NCBI GenBank assembly: GCA_007116965.1
Contig: SKHJ01000053.1
Span: 1-36,158, forward strand
DNA from: Candidatus Kaiserbacteria bacterium
Lineage (GTDB): Bacteria; Patescibacteriota; Minisyncoccia; Phycocordibacterales; UBA918
Direction: 5' to 3'
Length of the DNA stretch: 36,158 nucleotides
Shown in pieces: positions 25,246-34,055 of the stretch. Positions within the stretch are counted from its first letter, which is position 1. Every line of letters begins with the position of its first letter. The translations under genes were made by a program, and so were the position numbers. Below the pieces are notes generated by a model. The model worked only from the letters and a program-made list of their open reading frames with translations, searched no databases and was not told the origin of the DNA.

Positions 25246-25683
25246 ATGTCGACTGTCCTTACAATTTTAGTCGGTGCACTCATGGCAATGTTGGTCATGG
25301 TGCCGATGTGGCGTATTGAACAACGACGAGGACAGCGCGTGATCGCTGTTCGACCCAGGGAAGGGTTGGATATACTGCTCGCGCGTGTGGAGCGACTCCT
25401 CCAGACGAGTGCTTTAGTCTGGCAACGGTACGTATGGCAGTTGGGTTGGCGCTATGTAATACATATCGTGCTACGCTCGCTCCTAGTCGGCATTGCCAAT
25501 CTCTACAACGGCCTATTGACGTATTTTGAGTACAATCGTCGCGCTACCAAGTATCTCAAACGAGATAAACGACGCTGGTTGCAATCTGGCCTATGGTACG
25601 AACTAGACAAGCACAAGCAGGCGGCGGCTTTGACTGAAGAAGAAAAGATCCAGCGCAAGGCCAAAGCTCTGGCTGGTGACTAG
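25246..25683 (+). CDS. Hypothetical small membrane protein
   Basis: Clean 145-aa ORF with an N-terminal TM (VLTILVGALMAMLVMVPMW), a second hydrophobic segment and a basic C-terminus. No family recognised. Confidence 0.5.
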   Translation: MSTVLTILVGALMAMLVMVPMWRIEQRRGQRVIAVRPREGLDILLARVERLLQTSALVWQRYVWQLGWRYVIHIVLRSLLVGIANLYNGLLTYFEYNRRATKYLKRDKRRWLQSGLWYELDKHKQAAALTEEEKIQRKAKALAGD

Positions 25684-25718
25684 CGTAGGTAATACTGCTT
25701 TACGACACGTGGTGTTTT

Positions 25719-25727
25719 TGGTATAAC
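25719..25727 (+). promoter_or_regulatory. Extended -10 box TGGTATAAC upstream of tRNA-Thr
   Basis: TGn + TATAAC lies 19 nt before tRNA position 1. Confidence 0.45.
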
Positions 25728-25746
25728 AGGACGCGCACGAAGTTTC

Positions 25747-25819
25747 GCCACCTTAGCTCAGTTGGTAGAGCAACGGATTTGTAACCCGTAGGTCGTCAGT
25801 TCGAATCTGACAGGTGGCT
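25747..25819 (+). tRNA. tRNA-Thr (anticodon UGU); CCA not encoded
   Basis: The cloverleaf was folded by hand. Acceptor GCCACCT/AGGTGGC, D arm GCTC-AGTTGGTA-GAGC, anticodon arm ACGGA-TTTGTAA-CCCGT (one A-C mismatch), T arm GTCAG-TTCGAAT-CTGAC, discriminator T. Confidence 0.9.
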
Positions 25820-25856
25820 CCGATACGAGCGATGCAACGCACAGCGCACAGCGCGA

Positions 25857-25915
25857 GAGACACACAAAATTAGCCGCCGGAAGCTAGCTTACGGGCGGCT
25901 AATTTTGTGTGTCTC
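25857..25915. terminator. Bidirectional intrinsic terminator-like hairpin (22-bp perfect stem)
   Basis: GAGACACACAAAATTAGCCGCC (25857-25878) pairs with GGCGGCTAATTTTGTGTGTCTC (25894-25915) across a 15-nt loop containing the palindrome AAGCTAGCTT. The GC-rich inner stem is followed by TTTTGTGTGT on the plus strand and, symmetrically, on the minus strand. Confidence 0.65.
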
Positions 25916-26085
25916 GACCGAGCGTTTAGCTCGGTGTGCGGTATATCCGAGTGAGGCCACACTGTATGCTTGCCGTGAGCGGTTGCTACTTGTTGACATC
26001 ATCGCCTGGCTTTGACTACTACCGTGACTTTATTTCTGACCGCAGAAACGCTATACTCAGCATACTGGATCTTCCCGCGGTGGCT

Positions 26086-27654
26086 ATGACGAATCATTCA
26101 GAATCTAGCAGCGAACACTTACTACCATACGCCCGGCGACCAGATTTTCACGTTGGTCGAGCGACTGAGTTGACAGGCAGACAGCGCCGTTTGTATCGTC
26201 TCTTAGAGATACTGCCAGGCTTGGCGTCCTGGGTCACCCTGATCGGGGTACTTTTACTCTCAGCCTTTGCGCCGTTTGTGGCGGCGTATTTCATTATTGC
26301 TTTTGCCATCTATTGGATATTGAAAACTTTTTTTCTTTCTTACCACTTGCGTTACAACTGGAAACGCTTGCGCTATAACTTGCAGGTTGACTGGGCGGAT
26401 CGCCTCCAATCAATGCCGCATGAACATATCAATCATTTGGTTATTTTACCCTTCTATAAAGAATCATTTGATGTTGTCAATGGTTCAGTCAAAGCGTTGG
26501 CTGCGGCGAAGACACCTAGCGAGCGAATTTTGGTGGTACTGGCCGTTGAGGAGCGAGCAGGGGAAGAAGCGGCAGCAATCGCACGCGCCGTTGCCAATCG
26601 CTGGGCAGGTACATTTGGTGCCTTTTTAGTCAGTCACCACCCGAGCGGTCTACCTGGCGAGATGGCCGGCAAAGGCTCAAATGCTGCCTATGCCGCTGAA
26701 CAAGCCAGACAACAGATACTTGATGTGAAGGGTTTGAAATACAGTGAGGTGCTTGTATCTATCTTTGATATCGATACGGTCATCTACCCAGATTACTTTA
26801 ATTGTCTCACCTGGCACTTCTTGACGGCGGAGCAACCACTTAAGACCTCATTTCAGCCCATCCCAGTCTTTAATAATAATGTCTGGGAAGCGCCGGCGTT
26901 GTCACGGGTGGTAGCGATGAGTAGTACCTTTTGGGAAATGGTTCAACAAGAACGTCCAGAGCGAATGGCTACCTTTTCGTCTCACTCGGTGAGTTTTCAG
27001 GCACTGTATGAGGTCGGGTACTGGCAGCGAAATATGGTCAGTGAAGATTCACGCATATTTTGGAACTTATTTATAGCTAATAATGGTGATTACCGGGTCA
27101 TACCGCTGTCCTACCCAGTTTCGATGGACGCTAATGTCGGTCGTAATCTGTGGCAGACTATCGCTCAGATCTACCGACAACATCGTCGCTGGACCTATGG
27201 TGTCGAGAATTTTGTCTATGTCATCTACCATTTCGCGCATAACAAAGAGATATCACTGCGACGAAGAATTACTATTGGCTTACAGCAAGCGGAAGGATAT
27301 TGGTCGCTCGTTACCAATCCGATCATGCTCTTTATCCTTGGTTGGGCGCCGATATTCTTGGGCGGACAAGAATTTCACCAAACTGTCCTCTCGTATAATC
27401 TGCCTATTATGGTGCGTGATCTCTTGATTGTGGCAATGTTTGGTTTGGTTTTTTCATCTATCGTGTCACTTTCTTTGATCCCGCCGCGACCCGATGGCGC
27501 GAGTCGTTTCCGTTACGTAGTAATGGCGCTACAGTGGATCATGGTGCCGGCAACGATGATCATCTTCAGTGCTATTCCTGGCCTCGACGCCCAGACGCGC
27601 TTGATGTTGGGCCGGTATATGGGTTTTTGGGTTACACCCAAGAGTCGTCAGTGA
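26086..27654 (+). CDS. Membrane-embedded processive family-2 glycosyltransferase (cellulose/PNAG/hyaluronan-synthase-like)
   Basis: N-terminal TMs. Also 'VILPFYKESFDVV', 'SIFDIDTV' (DxD), 'VSEDSRIFW', 'RQHRRWTYG' (QxxRW) and several C-terminal TMs. The start is moved to ATG 26086, because the tracked start at 25936 runs through terminator hairpins. Confidence 0.75.
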   Translation: MTNHSESSSEHLLPYARRPDFHVGRATELTGRQRRLYRLLEILPGLASWVTLIGVLLLSAFAPFVAAYFIIAFAIYWILKTFFLSYHLRYNWKRLRYNLQVDWADRLQSMPHEHINHLVILPFYKESFDVVNGSVKALAAAKTPSERILVVLAVEERAGEEAAAIARAVANRWAGTFGAFLVSHHPSGLPGEMAGKGSNAAYAAEQARQQILDVKGLKYSEVLVSIFDIDTVIYPDYFNCLTWHFLTAEQPLKTSFQPIPVFNNNVWEAPALSRVVAMSSTFWEMVQQERPERMATFSSHSVSFQALYEVGYWQRNMVSEDSRIFWNLFIANNGDYRVIPLSYPVSMDANVGRNLWQTIAQIYRQHRRWTYGVENFVYVIYHFAHNKEISLRRRITIGLQQAEGYWSLVTNPIMLFILGWAPIFLGGQEFHQTVLSYNLPIMVRDLLIVAMFGLVFSSIVSLSLIPPRPDGASRFRYVVMALQWIMVPATMIIFSAIPGLDAQTRLMLGRYMGFWVTPKSRQ

Positions 27655-27680
27655 GGTAACCGGCAGGCATGATGGTTATC

Positions 27681-27689
27681 TGGTAATAT
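27681..27689 (+). promoter_or_regulatory. Extended -10 box TGGTAATAT, 6 nt before ATG 27696
   Basis: TGGTAATAT-ATTGGT-ATG. No SD. Confidence 0.5.
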
Positions 27690-27695
27690 ATTGGT

Positions 27696-28841
27696 ATGTC
27701 TGCCGCGTATCATATGCCGCCACTGGAGCGACGCCACCGCACGGTCTTTTTTTACCTTCTCCTGTTTATTTTTTTGTGTGTAATGCCGTTACTAATACTG
27801 TATGCCAACGGCTATCGGTTCCAACTTTTTTCAGAAGAACCAGTCTTGGTTCTCACTGGGGCCTTGTACATTGCTACGCAAGTTGATGACAGTCAGATAT
27901 TTGTCGATGACAAACCAGTGCAAAACACTCGCTTTTTCCGACGAGCAACGTACGTACAAGGCCTGCTGCCAGGTATCCACCAAGTGCATGTACAAGGAGA
28001 GGGTCTACAGACGTGGGTAAAAAATCTACCAGTGTACGAACAAATGGTGACAGAGGTAGCGGCTTTCACGATACCGGAGATACCGCAGGTGCGACCCATT
28101 ACTTCATACCGTAGCCTAGATGGGCAGCCGGTTTTTCTGGGTTATGAGTCAGTGGTAGAGCTACCGTTTGCCTTTGCGTCAAGTACTGTTTCGGTCACCT
28201 ACAGTCCACAAATAGCAACCAGTAGTTGGGAGAAAAATCCAGAATTCACCTTCTTGACCGAGCGGTTCACTGAGTTGGACCGTCCGGCATGGCCAGTTGA
28301 AGAATTACCGCGGTTTCGTTTTGCTACCACTAGTCCCCAATTAGGTATCGCTACTACCGCTACGTCAACGGTACTACAGAACAACATAGCTTTACTTCGA
28401 CGGGGTGACGAGGTTGTAGCAGAATACCGCGGTACCTTACGCTCCATCCCGTATTATTTCTGCGTACCTTCTGCCCCTTTAGCCCAAATTGCCAGTCATT
28501 ATGGCCAGCATGTAGCCGACGCGCTTGGAGTTGATCCGGCGGCAGCTACGACGACGTTGTTTGAACGGGGGTCGTGGTTTGGTCAGACGTGTCGTTCAGA
28601 GATACGATTAGACCGCAAAGGCCAGACCGTGCACTGGTTTGATTTTGTGCCAGGGAGCCGTGACCTGGTATTGCTCCAGCTTGATACTGGTCTGTATGTC
28701 ACCGAGATCGACGATCGTTCATGGCAGAACCACCAATTACTGTATCCCAATCCAGACATCACGGTTATAGTCGAAGGTGGTCAGGTCATTGTGCAAGACG
28801 GTGATTATTTTGCGGAGCTTAGTCTTGAACTCGGGTCATAA
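27696..28841 (+). CDS. Membrane-anchored hypothetical protein with PEGA-like domain
   Basis: N-terminal TM (VFFYLLLFIFLCVMPLLILYA). The segment 'IFVDDKPVQNTRFFRRATYVQGLLPGIHQVHVQGEGLQTW' resembles a PEGA domain. Confidence 0.5.
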   Translation: MSAAYHMPPLERRHRTVFFYLLLFIFLCVMPLLILYANGYRFQLFSEEPVLVLTGALYIATQVDDSQIFVDDKPVQNTRFFRRATYVQGLLPGIHQVHVQGEGLQTWVKNLPVYEQMVTEVAAFTIPEIPQVRPITSYRSLDGQPVFLGYESVVELPFAFASSTVSVTYSPQIATSSWEKNPEFTFLTERFTELDRPAWPVEELPRFRFATTSPQLGIATTATSTVLQNNIALLRRGDEVVAEYRGTLRSIPYYFCVPSAPLAQIASHYGQHVADALGVDPAAATTTLFERGSWFGQTCRSEIRLDRKGQTVHWFDFVPGSRDLVLLQLDTGLYVTEIDDRSWQNHQLLYPNPDITVIVEGGQVIVQDGDYFAELSLELGS

Positions 28842-28874
28842 AGACCTAAAAAGGTGGAGTAAGAGCGGTTATTT

Positions 28875-28883
28875 TGCTATGAT
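28875..28883 (+). promoter_or_regulatory. Extended -10 box TGCTATGAT, 9 nt before the pheS ATG
   Basis: TGCTATGAT-GGTCGCCAT-ATG 28893. No SD. Confidence 0.45.
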
Positions 28884-28892
28884 GGTCGCCAT

Positions 28893-29612
28893 ATGTCAGT
28901 TCACGGCCATCAACACCCGTTGACGCAGATGATTGCTGAGATCAACCATATCTTCGCTGAGGTTGGCTTTGTTTTTGCCGAAGGGCCAGAGATCGAGACA
29001 GAGCATTATAATTTTGATCAACTCAATGTCCCTAAGGATCATCCGTCACGCGATATGCAGGATACGTTTTGGTTCAAGCCACAGGATGTGTCTGAGCCGA
29101 CCGTCCTGCGTACACACACCAGTCCGGTGCAGATACGATACATGGAGCAGCATACGCCACCCCTGCGAGCGATTATGCCAGGCAAGGTTTTTCGTAACGA
29201 AGCGACCGATGCGACACACGAGGCCCAATTCTATCAGCTCGAGGGTTTAGAAGTTGGAGAAGGTATTCACTTGGGTCACTTAAAAGGTACCATTGAATAC
29301 TTCTTTAGTCGGTTTTTGGGTGGTGACGTGGAAATCCGCTTTCGGCCAGGCTTCTTTCCGTTTGTTGAACCAGGGGTGGAGGTTGATATGCGGCTACTGT
29401 CTGACACCTCGGCACTGGCTGGTCGCTGGATCGAATTGATGGGAGCGGGGATGGTGCATCCTAACGTGCTGCGAAATGCAGGAGTTGATCCTGAGCAGTT
29501 CTCAGGCTATGCCTTCGGGATGGGTATCGACCGCTTGGCGGTGATGAAGTACGGTATCGATGATATTCGTCATATGTATACCGGTGACTTACGATTTATA
29601 AATCAATTTTAG
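28893..29612 (+). CDS. pheS: Phenylalanine--tRNA ligase alpha subunit, catalytic core only (239 aa)
   Basis: 'HPLTQMIAEINHIFAEVGFVFAEGPEIETEHYNFDQLNVPKDHPSRDMQDTFW', 'LRTHTSPVQIR', 'GKVFRNE', 'QLEGL', 'FFPFVEPG' and 'GAGMVHPNVL..GYAFGMGIDRLAM'. Confidence 0.9.
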   Translation: MSVHGHQHPLTQMIAEINHIFAEVGFVFAEGPEIETEHYNFDQLNVPKDHPSRDMQDTFWFKPQDVSEPTVLRTHTSPVQIRYMEQHTPPLRAIMPGKVFRNEATDATHEAQFYQLEGLEVGEGIHLGHLKGTIEYFFSRFLGGDVEIRFRPGFFPFVEPGVEVDMRLLSDTSALAGRWIELMGAGMVHPNVLRNAGVDPEQFSGYAFGMGIDRLAVMKYGIDDIRHMYTGDLRFINQF

Positions 29613-29613
29613 T

Positions 29614-31551
29614 ATGTTGGTCTCTTGGAATTGGCTACAAGATTATCTCGGTGAAACCAAACTGACTGCCCAGCAGGCAGCAGAATTACTTGGTACGCAT
29701 GCCTTCGAGCTCGAAAGGGTCGTAGTGACTGATGAGGATACGATCATTGATGTTGATGTCCTGCCCAATCGTTCTTCAGACTGTCTCTCACACCGAGGAA
29801 TTGCGCACGAACTAGCAGTTATTACCGATACCCCGCTGGCTTTTGATCCTTTACAAACACCACCCCAGCTGGCAACTACTGACCAGATTAAGGTAACCAT
29901 TGTTGATCCGCAAGCCTGCCCACGCTTCACTGCTAGTCTGATCACCGACGTGACAGTCAAACCATCGCCTGAATGGCTGCAGAGAAGACTGCGCGCGATT
30001 GGGCAGCGACCTATCAATAACATCGTGGATGCAACCAACTACGTGATGTTTGCGCTTGGGCAGCCGTTGCACGCGTATGACGCTGATTTATTTCCTCAGC
30101 ACGAGGGAGCGTGGCAGTTTACCGTCCGGCGAGCGAGAGTAGGTGAGATCATCTCCCTTTTACCAGAGGGTGAGAAAGAGGTTGAACGAATTGTAGAACT
30201 CACCGGGAGCGAATTGTTGATCGTTGATGGTTCGTCTGATACCCCGATCGGCTTAGCGGGTGTCAAGGGTGGTGCGTTTGCTGGTGTCCATAGCGGCACC
30301 AAGAACATTATCATCGAAGCAGCTCATTTTGATCCCACGCTCACTAGACAAACCGCTCGTGGCTTAGGTATCGTCATCGACGCGAGTAAACGGTTTGAGA
30401 ACGAACCGGCGCGAGACTTACCGGAGTACGCACAAGCGGCTATTGTGGCGCTGATCAAAGATATCGCTGGCGGGTCATTTGTGGGTTGGGTGGATGAGTA
30501 TCTTACCCGCAAGACTAATCCGACTGTAATGTTTCGGCCAGCCCGAGCGGTAGCTATGTTAGGGGTTGACATACCGCCGCCAACGATGCAATCAATTCTT
30601 GCGCGAATCGGTGCAACGGTGGTCAGTGATGGTGATACGTGGCAGGTTACGGGTCCGTGGGAGCGAACCGATCTTTTATTGGAAGAAGACCTGATCGAGG
30701 AGGTGGGACGAATCTACGGCTATGAGCATATTGCGGCTGTGGCGCCGGAGAGGCAACCGCTGACTGCGGTCAACGCCCAGCAATACTACAGTGAACAAAT
30801 CCGTACGATACTGTTGGCCGAAGGCTTCTCTGAGGTGATCACGTCTAGTTTCCGACCGAAAGATCAGATCCAGCTGGCTAATGCGCTTGCGAGCGATAAA
30901 AGTTATTTGCGATCGAATTTGCGTAAAAATATTACCGAAGTACTTGATCGCAATGCAACGTTGCCAGATTTACTCGGAACGACTGATACGCGGGTATTTG
31001 AGCTTGGTACGGTGTTTAGTAAAGACGAGGAGCAGGGTTTAGTTGAGCACACCGCCTTAGCTGTCGGCGTCCGTACCAAAAGTACCGGCTACAGTGGCAA
31101 AGAGGACAAGATCGTAGAGGCGACACTCACCAAACTAAATGAACTAATAGGGGTTACGCCAGACTGGCACATAGAGCAAGGGGTGGCAGAGTGTAACCTA
31201 ACCGCACTACTAACTGCTTTACCGACGCCCAGCGGATACGAGCCGGTAGCGTCAGCCGATCCGGTAACCTACCGACCATTTTCGGTCTATCCGTTCGTGA
31301 CACGGGATATCGCGCTGTGGGTTGACGTCAAACTTTCAGCCGCGGAAGTACAAGCAGAGATCGATGCGCACGCAGGTCCACTGCGGGTGCGGACGACGTT
31401 ATTTGATGAGTTTAGTAAAGATGGCCGCACGAGCTTTGCGTTCCGTCTAGTCTTTCAGTCACACGAAAAAACCCTCGACGGCAGCGAGGTAGATGGCTAT
31501 ATGCAGGCTATCTACGACGCCGCCACGAAGGCAGGTTGGGAGGTCAGATGA
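29614..31551 (+). CDS. pheT: Phenylalanine--tRNA ligase beta subunit (645 aa, lacks the OB-fold B2 domain)
   Basis: 'MLVSWNWLQDYL', 'IIDVDVLPNRSSDCLSHRGIAHE', B3/4 'INNIVDATNYVMFALGQPLHAYD', B5 'DLIEEVGRIYGYEHI', and the C-terminal FDX-ACB 'YPFVTRDIALWV...FDEF..GRTSFAFRLVFQ'. Confidence 0.9.
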   Translation: MLVSWNWLQDYLGETKLTAQQAAELLGTHAFELERVVVTDEDTIIDVDVLPNRSSDCLSHRGIAHELAVITDTPLAFDPLQTPPQLATTDQIKVTIVDPQACPRFTASLITDVTVKPSPEWLQRRLRAIGQRPINNIVDATNYVMFALGQPLHAYDADLFPQHEGAWQFTVRRARVGEIISLLPEGEKEVERIVELTGSELLIVDGSSDTPIGLAGVKGGAFAGVHSGTKNIIIEAAHFDPTLTRQTARGLGIVIDASKRFENEPARDLPEYAQAAIVALIKDIAGGSFVGWVDEYLTRKTNPTVMFRPARAVAMLGVDIPPPTMQSILARIGATVVSDGDTWQVTGPWERTDLLLEEDLIEEVGRIYGYEHIAAVAPERQPLTAVNAQQYYSEQIRTILLAEGFSEVITSSFRPKDQIQLANALASDKSYLRSNLRKNITEVLDRNATLPDLLGTTDTRVFELGTVFSKDEEQGLVEHTALAVGVRTKSTGYSGKEDKIVEATLTKLNELIGVTPDWHIEQGVAECNLTALLTALPTPSGYEPVASADPVTYRPFSVYPFVTRDIALWVDVKLSAAEVQAEIDAHAGPLRVRTTLFDEFSKDGRTSFAFRLVFQSHEKTLDGSEVDGYMQAIYDAATKAGWEVR

Positions 31552-31789
31552 TTTGGTGGTTTACCAACTCCCAGATAGTGATGCGACATTCTGGATCAGT
31601 CAATCTTATGCCGCATGCTAGCATCTCGGCATCATTACGCCGAAGTAGTTGCGGATCAGGGTAAATGGTGAATTTGCCTCGGAACAGTCTAGTGAGACCG
31701 CTCCGGTAACCCCACCAACCGCTGGTATGGCGATCAGCAAAGTGTAACGCCACAAACCCATTTTGTTGGGCGTAAGGTGTGCCTTGCAT
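31544..31789 (-). CDS. Hypothetical 81-aa protein (orphan minus-strand gene)
   Basis: ATG 31789 is preceded by AGGAGAGG with a 6-nt spacer. This is the only canonical Shine-Dalgarno I could find at a gene start in this window. The 3' end overlaps the pheT stop by 8 nt. No family recognised. Confidence 0.4.
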   Translation of the reverse strand: MQGTPYAQQNGFVALHFADRHTSGWWGYRSGLTRLFRGKFTIYPDPQLLRRNDAEMLACGIRLTDPECRITIWELVNHQII

Positions 31790-31858
31790 AGTCCTCTCCT
31801 GTCTATAGTTTCCGCCTCAAAATTAGCATATTTCAAGGCAGGCACAAGGGCGAGAGTA

Positions 31859-31867
31859 TGGTATAAT
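31859..31867 (+). promoter_or_regulatory. Extended -10 box TGGTATAAT for gyrB
   Basis: Perfect TGnTATAAT, with 32 nt between it and the gyrB ATG. Confidence 0.55.
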
Positions 31868-31899
31868 GACTGCTGTTTATTTATTAAATTCTATTCTGC

Positions 31900-33990
31900 A
31901 TGACAGCCAAAAAAGCCGCCAAAACTGCCAGCAAAAAGACCAACGGAGGGTATGATGCATCGGCCATTTCCGTGCTTGAAGGCCTCGATCCGGTGCGTAA
32001 GCGGCCGGGAATGTACATCGGTACCACTGGTCCGGATGGCTTGCATCACTTGATCTCTGAGGTATTTGATAACTCGCGTGATGAGGCGATGGGGGGATTT
32101 GCCAATCGAGTAGAAGTGGCGCTCTTGCCTAACAATTACGTCCGGGTGGCTGATAACGGTCGCGGCATTCCGGTTGACACGCACAAGCAAACCAAGACCT
32201 CAGCGCTTGAAACTATTCTGTGCACCTTACACGCCGGCGGTAAGTTTGGCGGGGAAGGGTATAAGGTTTCGGGTGGACTGCATGGGGTAGGAGTGTCGGT
32301 GGTCAACGCTCTTTCGACGCATCTGATAGCTGAAGTACATCGCGACGGTGGTTATTATAAGCAGGAATACAATATTGGCGTACCGAAGGCTAAAGTTAAG
32401 AAGGTCAGCGCTTCAGATGTGACCGGCACCATTATCACATTCCAAGCTGACCCAGAGATCTTCAAGGAGATTGTGTATGACTTCAAACGTATCGTTAACC
32501 ACCTGCGGCAACAGGCGTATCTGGTGAAAGCAATGCAACTACACGTTATTGACGCTCGGGAAATGACACCGGAGCAAATCAAGAAAACAGATTTCTCAGC
32601 CACGCCGTTTCTGACCGACCAACACTTGGAGGTGCCGCATCAGCACTTCTACTTTGAAGGGGGTTTGCGCTCTTTGGTGGCCTTTAACAACCAGCACCAA
32701 AAACCGGTCCATAAGAACATATTTTACGTTGAACGGCAGGACGTTGACCCGGCTGTGTTGTCGGTGGAAGTGGCTTTGCAATACGTTGATGATATCTCGG
32801 CTCGTATCTCAGCTTTTGCTAATAATATCTACAATCCAGAACACGGTACGCATATTACTGGTTTTAAGACTGCGTTGACGCGTTCTCTCAATACCTACGC
32901 GCGCAAGAACAGCCTGCTGAAAGAAAAAGACGATTCGTTCACTGGTGACGATGTACTGGAGGGTATCACTGCTGTGGTGTCGGTCAAGATGCCAGAAATA
33001 CAATTTGAAGGGCAGACCAAGGCTAAGCTTGGATCAGTCGAGGCGCGGGGGGCGGTCGAATCAGTCTTTGCTGATGCGTTCAGCTCATTCTTAGAAGAAC
33101 ATCCGGATGACGCTAAGGCCATCATCAATAAAGCCATTATTGCGGTTAAGGCCCGCAAGGCGGCCAAGGCTGCCAAGGATAGTGTATTACGTAAAGGGGC
33201 GCTCGATGGTCTATCCTTGCCTGGTAAGTTGGCGGACTGTCAGACCAAGAAGGCTAACGAGTCAGAATTATTCATTGTCGAGGGAGATTCAGCGGGTGGT
33301 TCGGCCAAGATGGGTCGGGATCGGCGCACCCAGGCTATTTTGCCGTTGCGCGGTAAGATCCTCAACGTCGAGCGAGCACGTATCGATCGGATGTTGGCTT
33401 CTGACCAGATCAAGAACTTAGTGATTGCGCTCGGGACAGCCATTGGTGATGTATTTGATGTTTCAAAATTGCGGTACCATAAGATCATTATCGCGACCGA
33501 CGCAGATGTTGATGGGGCTCATATTAGGACTTTATTGTTGACCTTGTTCTACCGCTATTTCCGACCGTTGGTCGAAGATGGCTACGTGTACATAGCTCAG
33601 CCGCCACTATATAAGATCCAGCAAGGGAAAGACGTACAATATGCGTACACTGATGAGGAGAAGTTTCAGATCCTGGGAATCGACCCAGCTGAGCTGGAGG
33701 ACGAGATACCGACAGAAGACAATGATGATGAGATGGCCGGTACCGAAGATGAGAAAGTAGTAGCCAAAGCTAGCAGAGCACGTATTCAACGCTACAAGGG
33801 TTTGGGTGAGATGAACGCAGAAGAATTGTGGGAGACTACTATGAATCCAGCCAACCGAGTCTTGAAACAGGTGACTATTGACGATGCTGAGCAAGCGGAC
33901 CGCATCTTCGATGTTTTGATGGGGACGGATGTCGCCAGCCGCAAGTCGTTCATTCAGTCTAACGCACGGATGGCCAGCTTGGATATCTAA
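31900..33990 (+). CDS. gyrB: DNA gyrase subunit B
   Basis: 'LEGLDPVRKRPGMYIG', 'HHLISEVFDNSRDEA', 'GGLHGVGVSVVNALS', 'LFIVEGDSAGGSAK', 'ILPLRGKILNVE', 'IIIATDADVDGAHIRTLLLTLF', 'PPLYKI' and 'QRYKGLGEMN'. Confidence 0.95.
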   Translation: MTAKKAAKTASKKTNGGYDASAISVLEGLDPVRKRPGMYIGTTGPDGLHHLISEVFDNSRDEAMGGFANRVEVALLPNNYVRVADNGRGIPVDTHKQTKTSALETILCTLHAGGKFGGEGYKVSGGLHGVGVSVVNALSTHLIAEVHRDGGYYKQEYNIGVPKAKVKKVSASDVTGTIITFQADPEIFKEIVYDFKRIVNHLRQQAYLVKAMQLHVIDAREMTPEQIKKTDFSATPFLTDQHLEVPHQHFYFEGGLRSLVAFNNQHQKPVHKNIFYVERQDVDPAVLSVEVALQYVDDISARISAFANNIYNPEHGTHITGFKTALTRSLNTYARKNSLLKEKDDSFTGDDVLEGITAVVSVKMPEIQFEGQTKAKLGSVEARGAVESVFADAFSSFLEEHPDDAKAIINKAIIAVKARKAAKAAKDSVLRKGALDGLSLPGKLADCQTKKANESELFIVEGDSAGGSAKMGRDRRTQAILPLRGKILNVERARIDRMLASDQIKNLVIALGTAIGDVFDVSKLRYHKIIIATDADVDGAHIRTLLLTLFYRYFRPLVEDGYVYIAQPPLYKIQQGKDVQYAYTDEEKFQILGIDPAELEDEIPTEDNDDEMAGTEDEKVVAKASRARIQRYKGLGEMNAEELWETTMNPANRVLKQVTIDDAEQADRIFDVLMGTDVASRKSFIQSNARMASLDI

Positions 33991-33996
33991 CAACAG

Positions 33997-34032
33997 AAAA
34001 AAAGCCGCTCGCTGAAGCGAGCGGCTTTTTTG
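33997..34032. terminator. Bidirectional intrinsic terminator between gyrB and the convergent gene
   Basis: AAAAAA-AGCCGCTCGC-TGAA-GCGAGCGGCT-TTTTTT. A 10-bp GC-rich stem flanked by A6 and T6. Confidence 0.85.
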
Positions 34033-34055
34033 TTTCTTCCTTTATACTAGCGTTA

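Noticed and set aside
25936-26085. N-terminal extension of the GT2 ORF (tracked start at 25936)
   Set aside because: It starts within the hairpin region right after the tRNA terminator, and the encoded 50 aa are not membrane- or GT-like. ATG 26086 begins a plausible cytoplasmic N-terminus followed by TM helices.
31618-31845. Second minus-strand ORF (75 aa) in the pheT-gyrB gap
   Set aside because: It overlaps the 81-aa ORF in another frame and lacks any SD or -10 signal at its start. I kept only the ORF preceded by AGGAGAGG, and even that at low confidence.
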